DNA of 64,000 bases, taken from the NCBI RefSeq assembly GCF_023055435.1, contig NW_025963891.1, forward strand, positions 5,828,001 through 5,892,000, read 5' to 3'. This DNA is from Haliotis rufescens. Taxonomy: Eukaryota. The position numbers and the translations under genes were made by a program. Positions 21,732 through 35,600 of the stretch are shown here, piece after piece; position 1 is the first letter of the stretch, and the number at the start of each line of letters is the position of its first letter. The notes beneath the pieces were generated by a model. It ran no database searches. It saw only the letters and a program-made list of their open reading frames with translations, and was not told the DNA's origin.

Positions 21732-24175
21732 ATGTTGCTAAGTCTCGTCACCTTGGCAACTGCCGTCGGGATTGTTTCTCCGCAGGATGTCCTAGTCACC
21801 GCACCGCACTCCCGGATACCCGTCGACCCGGAGGTGTACATGGATGCTGTAAGTAAAAAAATACCCTTTGTCCCAAAAGCTCAATCAGTGAAAAAACATA
21901 TATTTCATGGATATTCTATTGCAGCAAGGGAGGAAGGAGGGGAGGGGGAGGGAGGGGGAGAGGGGCGAGTGGCCCACTTGTTTGAGGCACCGCGCTTCGT
22001 TGTGCAGAGTTATGTCCCTTAGGTACACTATTAAGTATTAATATTGTGGGTTTGAATAAAAGATTTGCCTTGATTTTCTTTCACCGCGCCTGTGGATTTG
22101 ACCAAAACTGTAAACTCTTAGACCTGCATCATTTCGGACTTTCCTCACTCATGTAGCTGACACGTCGCGACATAACTAAAATTCTGACGAAGACGAGACA
22201 CTGTACAGTACATGATGCCCCCTGGTTCTCGTCTGACAGGTTTTCCTGCACTTAAAGGGGAGTCCCTATGCATGCTGAACACCACCATCTACCCGAGGCG
22301 AGGGTCTTAACTGACTATACTGGACTTTCCTAGTCAGTTAACTCCCTTGCCTCGGGAACATGGAACACAACATAATGTGAACGTTGTGTATAAGACGATT
22401 ATATTGAAGCAAAATTTGTCAGATGATACAATATATTGTTTAATGTCTAATGGAAGCATATTTGTTACGTATGCTTACTTACACCCTCTCGGGGACCTTC
22501 TTTGTGTCTGTGACTGTACGACTCCCTCGTTGTCCCCAGACGGAGCTGATCACCAGCAAGGGCTTCCCGTGTGAGAACCACTACGTCACTACAGAAGACG
22601 GATTCATCCTCAACATGCAGCGGATCCCTCACGGCAGGGGAGACAACTCGTCGGGGACAGGTAATAAATGAGTCTTCATGTGCATTATAAAAACAACAAC
22701 GCCACGTAGAATATCATTGGGTCGGTCCTTAAGTAACAGGTAGATGTTTATAATTCATGCAAGGGAATAAGTTGTTATCCTACATTTATCGTGTGCAAAC
22801 GAACGTGACCCCAGAACGTCACCAGTACGTGACCAGGTGAATTGTCTCAACTTACTCAGCTCTATTCCTTTATTGTTTAAAGCCAAGCGCGCGGTGATGA
22901 TGCAACATGGCCTTCTGGGTAGCTCACCTAACTTTCTGGTGAACCTCGCCAACGAGAGCCTCGCTTTCATCCTGGCCGATGCTGGTGCAGACGTGTGGCT
23001 GGGCAACGTGCGCGGGAACACTTACTCTCGTGCCCACAAGACGCTGAAACCATCGGACAGGAAGTTCTGGGAATGGAGGTATATATACAGACGTACAAAT
23101 ATTGATAAAGTTAATGATCAAAGTCCACGCGATCCACACAAGTAAGCTTACAACATACAATACTAATCTCTGCAGTTACGACGAGATGGCGAAGTACGAC
23201 CTGCCCGCCATGATTGACTACATCGTACAGACGACCGGGCAGCCCCAGGTCCACTATGTCGGACACTCCCAGGGGACACTCATCGGCTTCGCGGGCTTCA
23301 GTCAGAACAAGACTCTGGGTCAGCTGGTCAAGACCTTCATCGCCCTGGCCCCAGTGGCGACCGTCGGGCACATCAAGAGTCCCATCAGACTTCTGGCGCC
23401 GTTCTCGAAGGAACTTAAGGCAAGCTTTACCCCAATGTGTTGGAAATACGAGTTGGTATATCTGTGGAGGAAAAAAATCTGTTTCCGAAAATGCTGGAAA
23501 TAATGTGTCCACAGGTTTTACAAAAATCATAAATAATCCTTTCACAAGAAATGCACAATATGCTGTGGGTCAATACGGAACTGTTTGGCTTTAATAATTA
23601 AGGTTGTTTGTGTTTATATTTTATATTGTGTGTCTGACTGAAAAAGATATTATGCCTCAAACGAAATCCCCGCCAAGACGTGATCGATGTTTTATGTATT
23701 CCTGGTTTTGTTTCAGGAAGCCTTTGCTTTGTTAGGCCACGGCGAGTTGCTGCCGAGTAAGAATCTGACCAAATGGCTTGCGAGAACCATATGTAAAGAT
23801 GCGTCTGTCCTCTGCGAAAATCTGTTCTTTGTCGTGAATGGCTTCGACTACCGGTCACTCAATTTTGTACGTCTTTGTCTTCCTGGCTGTATACTGATTC
23901 TGGAAGACAAGGGTTACGCCATCCTCGGCATCCCTATAGGTGTAATATCTCTATTCTATTGTGATAAATACAACTGACCCATTTGCCAGCAAATCTTCGT
24001 CATCTCCCAGATCACAAATTTGCAAGGAATCTCTCTTGGCAATGAGCTTAAATTAACTACCAATCAATGGGACTCGATGAACGAGAATGTGATTTTGACC
24101 ACATTTCAAAATTGGGTAACATTTGTGTCCAACATGATAGATTAGGGTAAATTGGGAATTACAGTACACTGTGTG

Positions 24176-24235
<60 letters not shown>

Positions 24236-26383
24236 TACGTGTATATATCATGTAAATGATATCCTGGTATCATGTTTACAGTCTCGAGTTCCCGTGTATA
24301 TGGCGCACACACCCGCCGGAACCTCCACACAGAACATCCTGCACTTCGGACAGGTGAGCCATGAAGACATGGTCAGGTTAGACATGAAAGCATGGTCAGG
24401 TTAGACATGAAACCATGGTCAGGTTAGACATGAAACCATGGTCAGTTGAGACATGAAGACGTGGTCACGCAAGACATGAAGACGTGGTCACGTGAGATAT
24501 GAAGACGTGGTCAGGTGAGACATGAAGACATGGCCGGGTAAGACATGAGGACGTGGTCAGTTGGGATATGAAGACATGGTCAGGTGAGACATGAAGACAT
24601 GGGCCGATGAGACACTCACCTTCACGCCCATATGTAGACATGGACAGGTGAGACACTGGTCGACACCCGTATATAGAAATTGACAGCTGAGACACTGGTC
24701 CTTTCACGGTATATAGGCAGGTGAGACAACTGCAATGGTGCTTCAACAATCTCTCACTTTTCTTCCCAGGGCGTCAACTCCGACAAGTTCCTGATGTTCG
24801 ACTTCGGGTCTGCGGCTGCTAATACGGCGCACTATGGACAGGTGAGTGCAGCAAATCAGGACGACTCCGTCCTCAACCCCGCACCACACACGCGCCATCT
24901 TGCGGCTGCCGACACGTGTCTGTATACCTGTGTACACCATGTGTCAAATCTCATGCATAGGCGGATCCAGAGGAGGGGTTCGTGGTGGGTGGTGGGGGGT
25001 GGGCCGGGGCTCCCCTCTCCCTCCTTTTTAAAAAACAAATGTAGTATATTGTAGGTTGTAATATTATGAGAGGGGATTTTGATAGTTTGGATCCCTTCCT
25101 TTTGAAAATGCTGGATCCGCCCTTTTCATGCGTTTTTTTCTCAATTCAAAATCCAGTTGAAACGTTTAACGTGCGGTAGATTACTTTGTGTTCTGTAGCC
25201 AAGTTCTACACACTTGCAGCCGCTCCCAGTATCTGTGACTAGAGGTATGAACCAGTGTAAGCCATATATGTAAGTGGTATTCACAAGTTGTAGTATCGAT
25301 GAAAACAGGATTGACTGGTGCCTTTATCAAACAAGTGTTCAACCACTGGGTAGAAGACAAGATTACAAATACATGGGGGAAGAGTAGGGGCGTAACATAA
25401 ACCTGTAACAATACGGTAATTAAAAGTCAGCCATTATGTTTCCTATGTAATTTACATCTGCTAAAGACTGTTCCACATTGTTATGATTTGTCAAGTTTAT
25501 TAAAATCTTAGAGAACAGTGTCTTCCTGGGAAGTATATCGCACAATGTTCTCTACTGTCCTTTGTGAATATTATGTCTTCACAAAAGAAGTCATATTGAA
25601 AAGATATCTTTATTTGTCCATAAATCTCAAAATGTGAAGCATACTTAAATGTGTCATAAAATACAACGCGCTTTCCTCTTTGAAAGCAATCGGTATATAA
25701 AGATTAGCAATATCCTATATATGTACCAACCTCATCTTTCACTGTTGTTATATTATTCTTGTATATGGCCAACTGGCCTCACGTACAGAAATAAAGATTT
25801 GAATACGGTTGTGATGAATAGCACGTGGTTTGATGCCAGTGTGTTACTACTATTATGATTTACTATAGTAAATTACAAATACGATGTGATTCTAGTTGAT
25901 GAGGTGACTGGTAGGCTGATGGGATGAAATAACCTCAATCCATGTCAAGTTTCTAAAGGGGCCCGTTATATCAGAGGCAGTGGGTTGGCCTAGTGGTAAA
26001 AGTGTTCGCTTGTCACACCGATGGCTCGGGTTCGATTCCCCACATTTGTGGTGTCCCCCACCGCGATATTGCTTGAATTGCCACGCCGCCTACAGACATG
26101 ATCATATGACACTGATTCAGTCAAATACACTACAGGGCAATGATCTCTCCTCCAGGCCACGCCACCTGCCTACCGCCCGGATGAGATGGACGTGCCCGTG
26201 GTGTTGTTTAGCGGAGGAAAAGACTTCCTGGCAGACCCGGATGATGTCACGTGGATCCGGTCTCAGCTGAAGCACATAGTGGGAGATCACGTGATCCCTC
26301 ACTGGGAACATTTGGACTTTACTTTGGCTCTTGACGCCCCGGTTCTCTGTTACGATAAAATTAAACGGATTGTTTTTGGTTGA
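21732..26383 (+). CDS. Acid lipase type A copy 2 (LIPA/LIPF family), 399 aa
   Basis: Exons 21732-21848, 22540-22660, 22883-23078, 23176-23419, 23717-23866, 24282-24353, 24770-24841, 26156-26383; same phases and catalytic motifs as copy 1; GC donor at intron 4. Confidence 0.92.
24175..24236. repeat. (GCGT)n microsatellite in intron 5 of A2 (shorter at 41837-41881 in A3; absent in A1)
   Basis: Direct reading. Confidence 0.95.
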
Positions 26384-26900
26384 TCAAACCACATCTTAGA
26401 CCCAAAGAAAAAGAAAAGTCATTGCGAGTGTTGTTTTTTAATTAACTCACAGCCCCGAAGGATTAATAATTATCTGTGGTCAAGGAGACACGACATTCTA
26501 TATTTATAATGAAGATTGCTGCCATGTCGGTTCAACACAAACAATGAGATATTCTGTTTAACGCCTTCTTGGTAATTATGTCAGTTATTTCCCGGTAGCT
26601 GTACTGGGGAGGTAGTGCCGTGTGGGGCGCAGGTCATAGACGATTGCCACTTCTAAGACCCACGATTTATGATTATGATTCAGAGAGATCAACGGTCATA
26701 ATCAGGGCGGATTTGGGATTCGAACACATACTACACCGTCCCCCATGCCACCCTGAGTGACTGCATTCTTCCAGTGCTGTATTCTGTCCATGGTGTACGG
26801 CACTGACCATGCAGTACGGTCACTACTAGGACAATGACAATGATGACGATACTTTATTTCCCGACAAGGGAATTCTATGTACACGTGACAATGTTAACAG

Positions 26901-27032
26901 NNNNNNNNNNNNNNNNNNNNNNNNNNNNNNNNNNNNNNNNNNNNNNNNNNNNNNNNNNNNNNNNNNNNNNNNNNNNNNNNNNNNNNNNNNNNNNNNNNNN
27001 NNNNNNNNNNNNNNNNNNNNNNNNNNNNNNNN
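26901..27032. other. Assembly gap (132 N)
   Basis: Run of n. Confidence 1.
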
Positions 27033-27690
27033 GATCAAAAACTGGCCAGGACGCTCAATGGTCGCCTAAACCCAGGAAATCATGTTTCTATGTAACTGCT
27101 CCAGCAGTTGTTCAGCAGTAACTGCTCGAGTTGTTCAGCGTCTGCAACCACAATGAAACACTGCAGGTACAAGCCCTCTATTTATAGGCAGGCTGAGGAA
27201 GCTCAAAGGAGGCAGAAAAGAGGCAGAAGCATTGCCATGGTGTCTCAAGTGTTGCCGTGGTCGCCGAATGGAGGCACGTCGGTCGCCATACTCATCGTTC
27301 AATGCACGCTGTTGGTCGCCCAAAGAAGGCACAAGGGAGGCAGAAGCATCGCCCAGATTTACGGGACAGTATTTCAGCAGAACGCATCTATTACCTGGCG
27401 ACCACTGTGCCTTCATTCTGCAACAACGGCAATGCTTGTGCCTCCTTTGAGACACCTTTGAGACACCTTTGAGCAACCAACCTCCTCGGCGACCTTTGTG
27501 CGACTGTTTTGAACGTGTTCAAAATTTCACGGCGACCATGGCGTCCATGGCGATGTCTGAACCTCCTGTGTACCACATTGGAACGACCTCGGCAACCATT
27601 CTGCCTCCTTTGAGCCTCCAATGACGACCTGGCAAATTCTAAGGTCGCACACGGGAGGCACAAAGGTCGCCATCCAGTGTAAAGGCCCCA
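27033..27690. mobile_element. Non-autonomous DNA element, probably PIF/Harbinger; left end lost in the gap
   Basis: Ends ...CCAGTGTAAAGGCCCCA then TTA; internal repeated GGTCGCC/GGCGACC and GGAGGCA motifs; absent from the paralogous site at about 46360. Confidence 0.5.
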
Positions 27691-28043
27691 TTACATACAA
27701 CGCGTAGAGGTCAACAACCCGAAAATGTTTAATGATAAAGAGTAAATGAAACACAATCATATTTAAAGCCATCATATATCTATTTAAAAATGTAGCTTTT
27801 ACCATAGCCTGAGACAAGCGTTTATCTTAATTTATCATGAAGGTTTATTTACCTGGTCAACTGGTTTTCTCTTATATTTTAGGATTTAGGAACTTGTTTT
27901 TTAGCTGTCGACCTCTATGGCTATGCGTGATATAATAGACATGATAACGACAGCCGCAGCTGTTTGGTGGCCGACTTTACACATGTCAGTAGATCGGTGC
28001 TTGAAGTGACAATATTCGGCGTCATTTTTAACAAAAAGCAGCC

Positions 28044-31000
28044 ATGTCCATAGTGCTGATCGTTAGTGTGTATCTGATACCCTTGCTGGGTTGGACAATG
28101 TCCACCCGCACCCAAGCGGAGGTACCCGGTCTGACAACCGACCCCGAGATCTACATGAACACTGTAAGTCTTTTCTCAACTAGATTTGCTCACAAGTGCG
28201 CATGCACGAACGCACACATACATGCGGAATAAAAAGTGAGGTTTCTGAATATATTTGTATTTATGTGTGTGGGTAAGACTGAACAGTAAATTTCTTTAAA
28301 AATATCCACGAACCCTAACTTGCTTTGCTCTGTATAGAACTGTCGTCACGTGCAGGTAGAATAGCCCGTGGGGATTTTGCGTTAGTACCGATGCCCGGGA
28401 CAGTATACACATAATGGTTCTTTAATACAATGTCAGTTGTCAAGAATCGATAGCAGACTCGGGGAAATTTTAAATTTTTTTTTATTTTTGGTAGTACAAA
28501 AGAGTGGCACCGCCGTCCGAGCAACATTTACTTTACAAACTTACAACAAAAAAACACTTTGAAGGAACCCCACTTCAGGAACACACTCTCCGTGAGTCTC
28601 TGACTGTTCGACTCCCTCGTTGTCCCCAGACGGAGCTGATCACCAGCAAGGGCTTCCCGTGTGAGAACCACTACGTCACTACAGAAGACGGATTCATCCT
28701 CAACATGCAGCGGATCCCTCACGGCAGGGGAGACAACTACACGGGGGCAGGTAACAGATGCCTCTTCACGTGAATTGTGTTGGGGACATGTACCAATATA
28801 TGTCTTAATGTACATTGTGTGGGCGAGCTGTGTTGCCCAGCACCAAACTGAACAAAAGGCGACCTGTGGCGCCTCCACCCTTGAAGCCCAAAACCTAACA
28901 GAGAGCAATAGTTTCGGCTCATTTAGAGGATATTACATGACTATTTCGACCAGGGTTGCAACCGAAGCCATTACTTCAAGTATCCCGTTTTGTGATGTGC
29001 GATTCAATCTCCGTGTTACCTTGATCCTTCCTGCATCACCAAGCTGTCGCAGGCCATAGTGATATAATCCTCGTCATGGGTTTGTTTCCCTCCACACGCA
29101 TTCACTCCTTGCCATTATTTGCCGGGGGTATATTTTCAGGGTGATATTTGTTCAATACACTGATGAATAATCAACAACAACGAACTAACGTCGGACTTCA
29201 TGTCCATCCGAAATATACAAGGTTATTGCTCCGTGAATAACGCGTGATTCTAGGTTCGTCAGCATCATACCGTGCACGTGGGTTTCAACAAACTGATAGA
29301 ACTGAAATAGTGTTCCAAGCGGGGTTAACCCATGTCTCTGACTCATGAATGAATGAAATGAGTCTACCCTCTGACTGAAAGATTACTTTATGTCAAATTA
29401 GTTTCAGCCAAGCCAACTGTTCTGCTGCAACATGGCCTACTAGGAAGTTCCAACAACTTCGTTCTCAACCCGGCCAACGAGAGCCTCGCTTTCATCCTGG
29501 CCGACGCCGGCGCAGACGTGTGGCTGGGCAACGTGCGCGGCAACACTTATTCACGTGCCCACAAGACGCTGAAACCATCGGACAAGAAGTTCTGGGAATG
29601 GAGGTATATATATATATTGGGAAGTATATATACACCATAGCATGTGGTGAAGCCAATACTCTCCCCAATAAAGTTTTCACGTGTAGTTATGTATAGCTAT
29701 CCAAGTTTATATTTCTCTCCGGGTATTTCAGTTTCGACGAGATGGCGAAATACGACCTGCCCGCCATGATTGACTACATCGTACAGACGACCGGGCAGCC
29801 CCAGGTCCACTATGTCGGACACTCTCAGGGGACACTAATCGGCTTCGCGGGCTTCAGTCAGAACAAGACTCTGGGTCAGCTGGTCAAGACCTTCATCGCC
29901 CTGGCCCCAATCGCGACCGTCGGGCACATCAAGAGTCCTCTCAGACTGCTGGCGCCATTTTCTGAAGGATTGAAGGTAATCCTAAATGATCGCATCTACC
30001 TATAAGATCTTACATTGATGTGCCTTTGTTATGTTGGTATAGGATTCGGATTTCGGTGCAGAGTGGCGTCCCTTGGCTGCCAGGATCCCGGGTTTGACGC
30101 GATAATGACCCTTGGTCTGTTAATACCAGACCCTTGCTCGTTTGTTTCACCAAAATTTAAAACGTCCACGGAAAAGCCAGATATATTTTTGGTGTGATCT
30201 GATCCAAACTATCCACACGGTCACGGAAATCTAGGGGTATGCATTTGTGTGACGTGATAGGTTTATAATATGGATTGCCTACGTAAACTTTCCTCCATGT
30301 TACTGTGTGTTCCATTATTTGTTTCCGCCAGTATATTCACAATGTTGCAGCTTTTTGATCTGTTCGGCCACGGCGAGTTCGAGCCCAGCAGCAACTTGAC
30401 AAAGTGGCTGGCGAAGGATGTCTGCAAGGGTCTACTCCTCCTCTGTGAGGACTTCTTCTTTGTCATCGGCGGCTTCGACTACGCCACGGTGAACAAGGTA
30501 CGTCAGCTGGTGTCCAGTAGACACGTGCACACAATTATGAAGCCATAATAAGTGGGATAGAAGGATTTTACAGTTTTCAGAAGTATTCCAGCAGTATCAA
30601 AGGTAACCAAGGATTGGCATTTTATTCCCTAAAGCACTTTCTAACAAGCTACCGTGCAAATGTACCTACATACTGCTACTGGGAGCACTGTTACATCTTC
30701 CCGCGGCAAGGGCGTCCACAGACTTTAAAAGTCCAGTGGAAACTTGACGGTTATAGTCAGTTAACACCCTTGCCACGGGAAGATGGCGCTGTTATGTCTG
30801 TTCCACTTTCAGGCCTTGTTTGTGTTTCAGACTCGCGTCCCCGTGTACGTGGCCCATACACCCTCGGGCACCTCTGTGCAGAACATGATCCACTTTGGAC
30901 AGGTAGGTGGTACCTTTTGGACAGGTAGGTGGTACACTTAGGACAGGTAGGTGGTACACTTCGGACAGGCGGGGGGTACACTTAGGAAAGGTAGGTGGTA

Positions 31001-32705
31001 CACTTAGGACAGTTAGGTGGTACACTTTGGACAGGTAGGTGGTACACTTAGGACAGTTAGGTTGAATCTTTGGACACGTAGGTGGTACACCTTGGACAGG
31101 TAGCGGGTACACCTTGGACTGGTAGCGGGTACACTTTTCACAGGTAGGTGGTACACTTAGGACAGGTAGGTAGTACACTAGGGACAGGTAGGTGGTACAC
31201 TAGGGACAGGTAGGTGATACACTAGGGACAGGTAGGTGGTACGCTTTGGACAGGCAGGTCGTACACTTCGGACAGGTAGGTGGTATACTAGGGACAGGCT
31301 GGTGGTACTCTTTGGACAGGTAGGTGGTACACTTCGGACAGGTAGGTGGTAAAATAGGGACAGGTAGGTGGTACACTTTGGACAGGCAGGTCGTACACTT
31401 CGGACAGGTAGGTGGTACACTAGGGACAGGCTGGTGGTACTCTTTGGACAGATAGGTGGTACACTTCGGACAGGTAGGTGGTAAAATAGGGACAGGTAGG
31501 TGGTACACAAGGGACAGGTAGGTGGTACACAAGGGACAGGTAGGTGGTACACAAGGGACAGGTAGGTGGTACACTTTGGACATGTAGGTGGTACACAAGG
31601 GACAGGTAGGTGGTACACTTTGGACAGGTAGGCGGTACACTTTGGACAGGTAGGTGGTACACTTTGTCTTTCTAGAACTATCATTAGTCAAGAATCTTTT
31701 TATTACCATGGCTGATGTGTGAAAAAGATGTGTGTCAAATATATTATACTGTTGAATAAAAGGGCAACTAATTTTAAGCAGCATTTAGGAAGAAGCCGCT
31801 ATAGAAACGATTATTAATGACGTTCATACATCACTGGTAGCATACAATGTCACAGATGCAATTGTCTAAAAATGTCAGTATTGGATTCACCCAGGATCAA
31901 TGACTAAGTTGCTATGGTTACTCCCCAGGAAGTCAACGGCGACCAGTTCGTGATGTACGACTTCGGCTCGGCATCTGCTAACATGGCCCACTACGGACAG
32001 GTTGGTGTTGAGGGAGTGTGTGAGTGAGTTGGGTTTAACGCACCTTGGAACAATATTTCTGTTATAAGGCGTTTCAACTTACTATTGAAGGAAAGCTCAA
32101 AGTGATGCAGGTATAGGAATTATAATGCTTTGTTGAATTCCAGAAGCACGGGAATATTATACCGACAAAGCTAGAACACAGTCAGAGCAAGTGGGATTCG
32201 AACCCAAGATCATATGAATGGGTTGATGGCGTGTGTGTGGTTGGGGTGGAGACATCGTGGTTCAGTGCGTAAAATCGCTTCATGTCATTAGAAATTAACA
32301 CCTCTCCCCTCGGGGGCTTTTTATACAAGGCCAGTGTTTGGTAACCGTTGCAGTACCATAGCAACCGTTGGACATGAAGCCGTCTGCGTCCACGTGTAGG
32401 ATGTCGTCATTGGCTTGCCTTACCCTGCAGACTCAGATGCAGTCACATACACTAAAGGGCAATGACCTCTCTTCCAGGCCACGCCACCTGCCTACCGCCC
32501 GGATGAGATGGACGTACCCGTGGTGTTGTTTACCGGAGGAAAAGACTCTCTGGCAGACCCGGATGATGTCACGTGGATCCGGTCTCAGCTGAAGAACATT
32601 GTGGGAGATCACGTGATCCCTCACTGGGAACATTTGGACTTCATTTTGGCTCTTGACGCCCCATCTCTGTGTTATAATGAGATTAAAAGACTTGTATTTA
32701 GCTGA
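28044..32705 (+). CDS. Acid lipase type B copy 1 (LIPA/LIPF family), 399 aa
   Basis: Exons 28044-28163, 28630-28750, 29408-29603, 29732-29975, 30351-30497, 30831-30902, 31929-32000, 32478-32705 sum to 1200 nt. Signal peptide [16 protein letters not shown]; [19 protein letters not shown]; all GT-AG. The exon-5 acceptor is the least certain boundary. Confidence 0.92.
30891..31664 (+). repeat. 22-bp minisatellite built from the exon-6 splice donor of lipase B1 (about 35 units)
   Basis: Unit CACTTTGGACAG|GTAGGTGGTA; the first unit overlaps the true exon/intron junction at 30902/30903. Confidence 0.95.
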
Positions 32706-32771
32706 GACTTGCGCCACGACCACGTACAGCCCAAGTCCAGAGTGTTGTTCTAATCATGGATCAATCCATGC

Positions 32772-32777
32772 AATAAA
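32772..32777 (+). terminator. Polyadenylation signal of lipase B1 (paralog at 51356-51361)
   Basis: AATAAA 66 nt after the stop, conserved in both B copies. Confidence 0.6.
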
Positions 32778-33161
32778 ATAGTACAGTATTTGTTCGGCTC
32801 GTCACAATCTTAATTTGTATCTGCTGGTCTAATGTCACATATCCTAAGCTTTTAACAGTTTGCAAGAAAGGATTACAACATAGAAATAGAATAAGACTTT
32901 ATACGTATTGTAATATACGTAATATACGTACACCTCTATACGTCTTGTAAACACTTCCGCCCGTAGTGATTTCGGGTCAACACTGGTCAACACACCTGCA
33001 TGTTTCAATGTCATGACATCTCTTCAAGGTCCCAATACAATAGTTAGTGGCGTCTAGTGTACAACAATAGAAACTCTACTACAAGGGTCATGCCGTTTCA
33101 GCAGTATTTATGTTAGCTTGTTTTTGTCAGTGTTTGTATTTAAAGGATTATGTAAGGAAAG

Positions 33162-33387
33162 CTGTGAAGATCCGGGATAGACTAGGTCTTCATCAACCTA
33201 TGCTGACTAACGAGATCGGGTGGTCAAGCTCGCTGACTTGGTTGATGCATGTCATCGATCCCAATTGCGTGAATCGATGCTCATGATATCAATCACTGGA
33301 TTGTCTGGTCCAGACTCGATTATTTACAGACCGCCGTCATATAGCTGGAATATTGCTGAGTGCGGCGTTAAACAAAAAACCAACCAA
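33162..33387 (+). mobile_element. Short retroposon family 2, chimeric flanks
   Basis: Left flank equals that of the 51746 copy; right flank equals that of the 60557 copy. Confidence 0.85.
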
Positions 33388-34609
33388 CTTCATAGGATGT
33401 GAACGAGTGTCCATCTGGGCGAATAGTGTTCTTGCACCACGTGTTCATGTATGGAGACATTTATCAAAATGAGACCAATGGCACGTGTAGATGGTTCAAA
33501 AAGTAACATGAAAGTTCGTGGTACGTGAATATAAGATCTTGTACTCTAATACGTCAAGCAGAGTGTAAATGATCTGACGTTGAAGAGATTTCATTGGAAG
33601 TGACGCTAAAGGGTAGTGATGAATCGGGTTCCTTTGTCAGAAGACTTGACAACATTCATAAGACTAATTCCTCAAGGCGCGGAACTGTATACTTCTTTGT
33701 GACGTACTGGTCAGTTAAAATGCGATCAAAACAGAATCGTCACTGAATCCGTGTGTATGTTATAGTTGACCTTACTCTTCAAGATCAGCCAAGCTTTCGA
33801 ACGTCACTGGGGGTGCGGGATATCTATACATACATTTGCATAAAAAGACAAATGGCGTCTCACTCACGCTGAATGAGAAATATTTCAAATCTACCTATTC
33901 AAGAAACAAGAATTCAAGAACAGAATGCGAAAGTTGTCATCCATATTGTCTTCGTGCCTCTCCATGGCGTTTCAGGAACAATTCTTTGAGAAAAACTGAT
34001 GGCGTTACAAGTATTTTTGCGTTGAATATGGAAGGAATTGAGAATGAGTAGATTGTGGTATTTGTTATTTAGAAAAACTAATGCTTCGGATGGTGGCTGC
34101 AGGGACTTTGCTTTTGGAGACCTTACCGATACCAAGATTTTATAACTAAAGTACTACCGGAAATGCTCATTTTATAATTACGAATTATAGGGCTATGAAA
34201 ATAGCACATATCAAAATAATGCAAATCTACCTAATCTAGCCTATCTTAACGGACACTGTGAGAAGGCGAAAAGAAGTACTTTTACAGGTAAAATTGTGAT
34301 AAAGTTAGAAAATATTCGTGTGTTGTCATGCTTGTATGAAACGACCTGATAGCCTAAGGTAATACCTGACACCTTTCCCGAGATGATAACCACACTGGCC
34401 CGTGCATTCTCACAGGTGCAAATGTCACCTGCGTTGGGGGTGGTCTCAAAATATTGCTGTTATTTTACTTTTTAAGATATGTGTTGACAGGAGTAGCAGT
34501 TAAGACATGTACTGCCTTATATTTGAATGGAAAAAGTATGGGATAGTTAAAAGCTATGAAACGGGATTTTTTAATCAAGACGTATTTGTTGTTTTACAGA
34601 TGATTCCTT

Positions 34610-35600
34610 TAGCCAACTTCTGACTCAGCCTATGACGTATCTGAATCGGTACTATCACCCAAAGGTATAACTGGTGCAACAAGGCTGATCCCGCCGTCAC
34701 GGTGGCGGTACTGACGTTCTACTTCAAGAACATGTTCTTCAGCCTTTGGTCATATCTCTGGGATGATTCTAGCAAAGGCCGCGTTGATCAAACCCTTTGA
34801 GATGTGTGAGTTTCGAATGTTTTCTTATGTCTTGCCACGAACCCTTTACAGTGAAGTTAGCCCAGGTAAGCTCAATAGCCTTGAGCTCACAATGTCTGCC
34901 TGGCGTACGTAAGACAATATGACTGCGTTGTGCCACCCGGAAATACCTGTCTTGTACTTACTGGTCTCATATTCAGGCGAATTTGCTCCATCAGATGGTA
35001 TGAAGTCGACATTGCAAGATGTCCGCCTTCAGACTACTCATGATTCTAGACCTTATGACAACTGTGTTTTACATGGCACTGGAGCTTAGATTGGGCAGCA
35101 GTTGGTGTTCCAACCAGTCTTTGTACACATCCCCATTCATTTACTAATGATTATCATCAGTTTGCTTTTTCGCCTTCAAAATTAGCTCACGGGTTGCGGC
35201 GTACAAAACAATGACACGATTACCTTCACCTGATGGTGCCATGGGTGCTTTTCGTCCATCTGACGGTAGCCACATGTAGTCGGTGGATCGATTCTTATTC
35301 ACCCAGGTTTCATTAAGGTAAATGATCAGGAAGTCCTGACTGCGATAGTCATGATTGGTGCTGAGATAATGTGACCTCATAGACGGAATGGAATATTTTC
35401 TCCTGAAAAAAAGCTCCGTCGTCGCCACGTTTAGTGTATCTCATGGGCAGAAATAATTAATGTAGTCCGGGAAAAAATAATCGTGTCTTTAGTTTCCTCC
35501 CTAATTCTACTAAAAAGTCTATCAGTTGTGTTTTTGAGACGACCCCTCCCTTCTTTGCGTTATAGCCTGGACTTATTGGTATGAAAGCCCCAGGGCTTGT
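34610..35600 (-). mobile_element. IS630-Tc1-mariner (DDE_3-like) transposase relic; shorter copy at about 62320-62700
   Basis: Fragments YLNETWVNKN, PSGEGNRVIVLYA, WLEHQLLPNL, HCELKAIELTWA..VKGFVARH, EHVLEVERQY, with many disruptions. Confidence 0.65.

Noticed and set aside
30757-31784. Long Cys/Pro/Thr-rich minus-strand ORFs (also 49502-50300)
   Set aside because: They are translations of the 22-bp intronic minisatellite, open in several frames.
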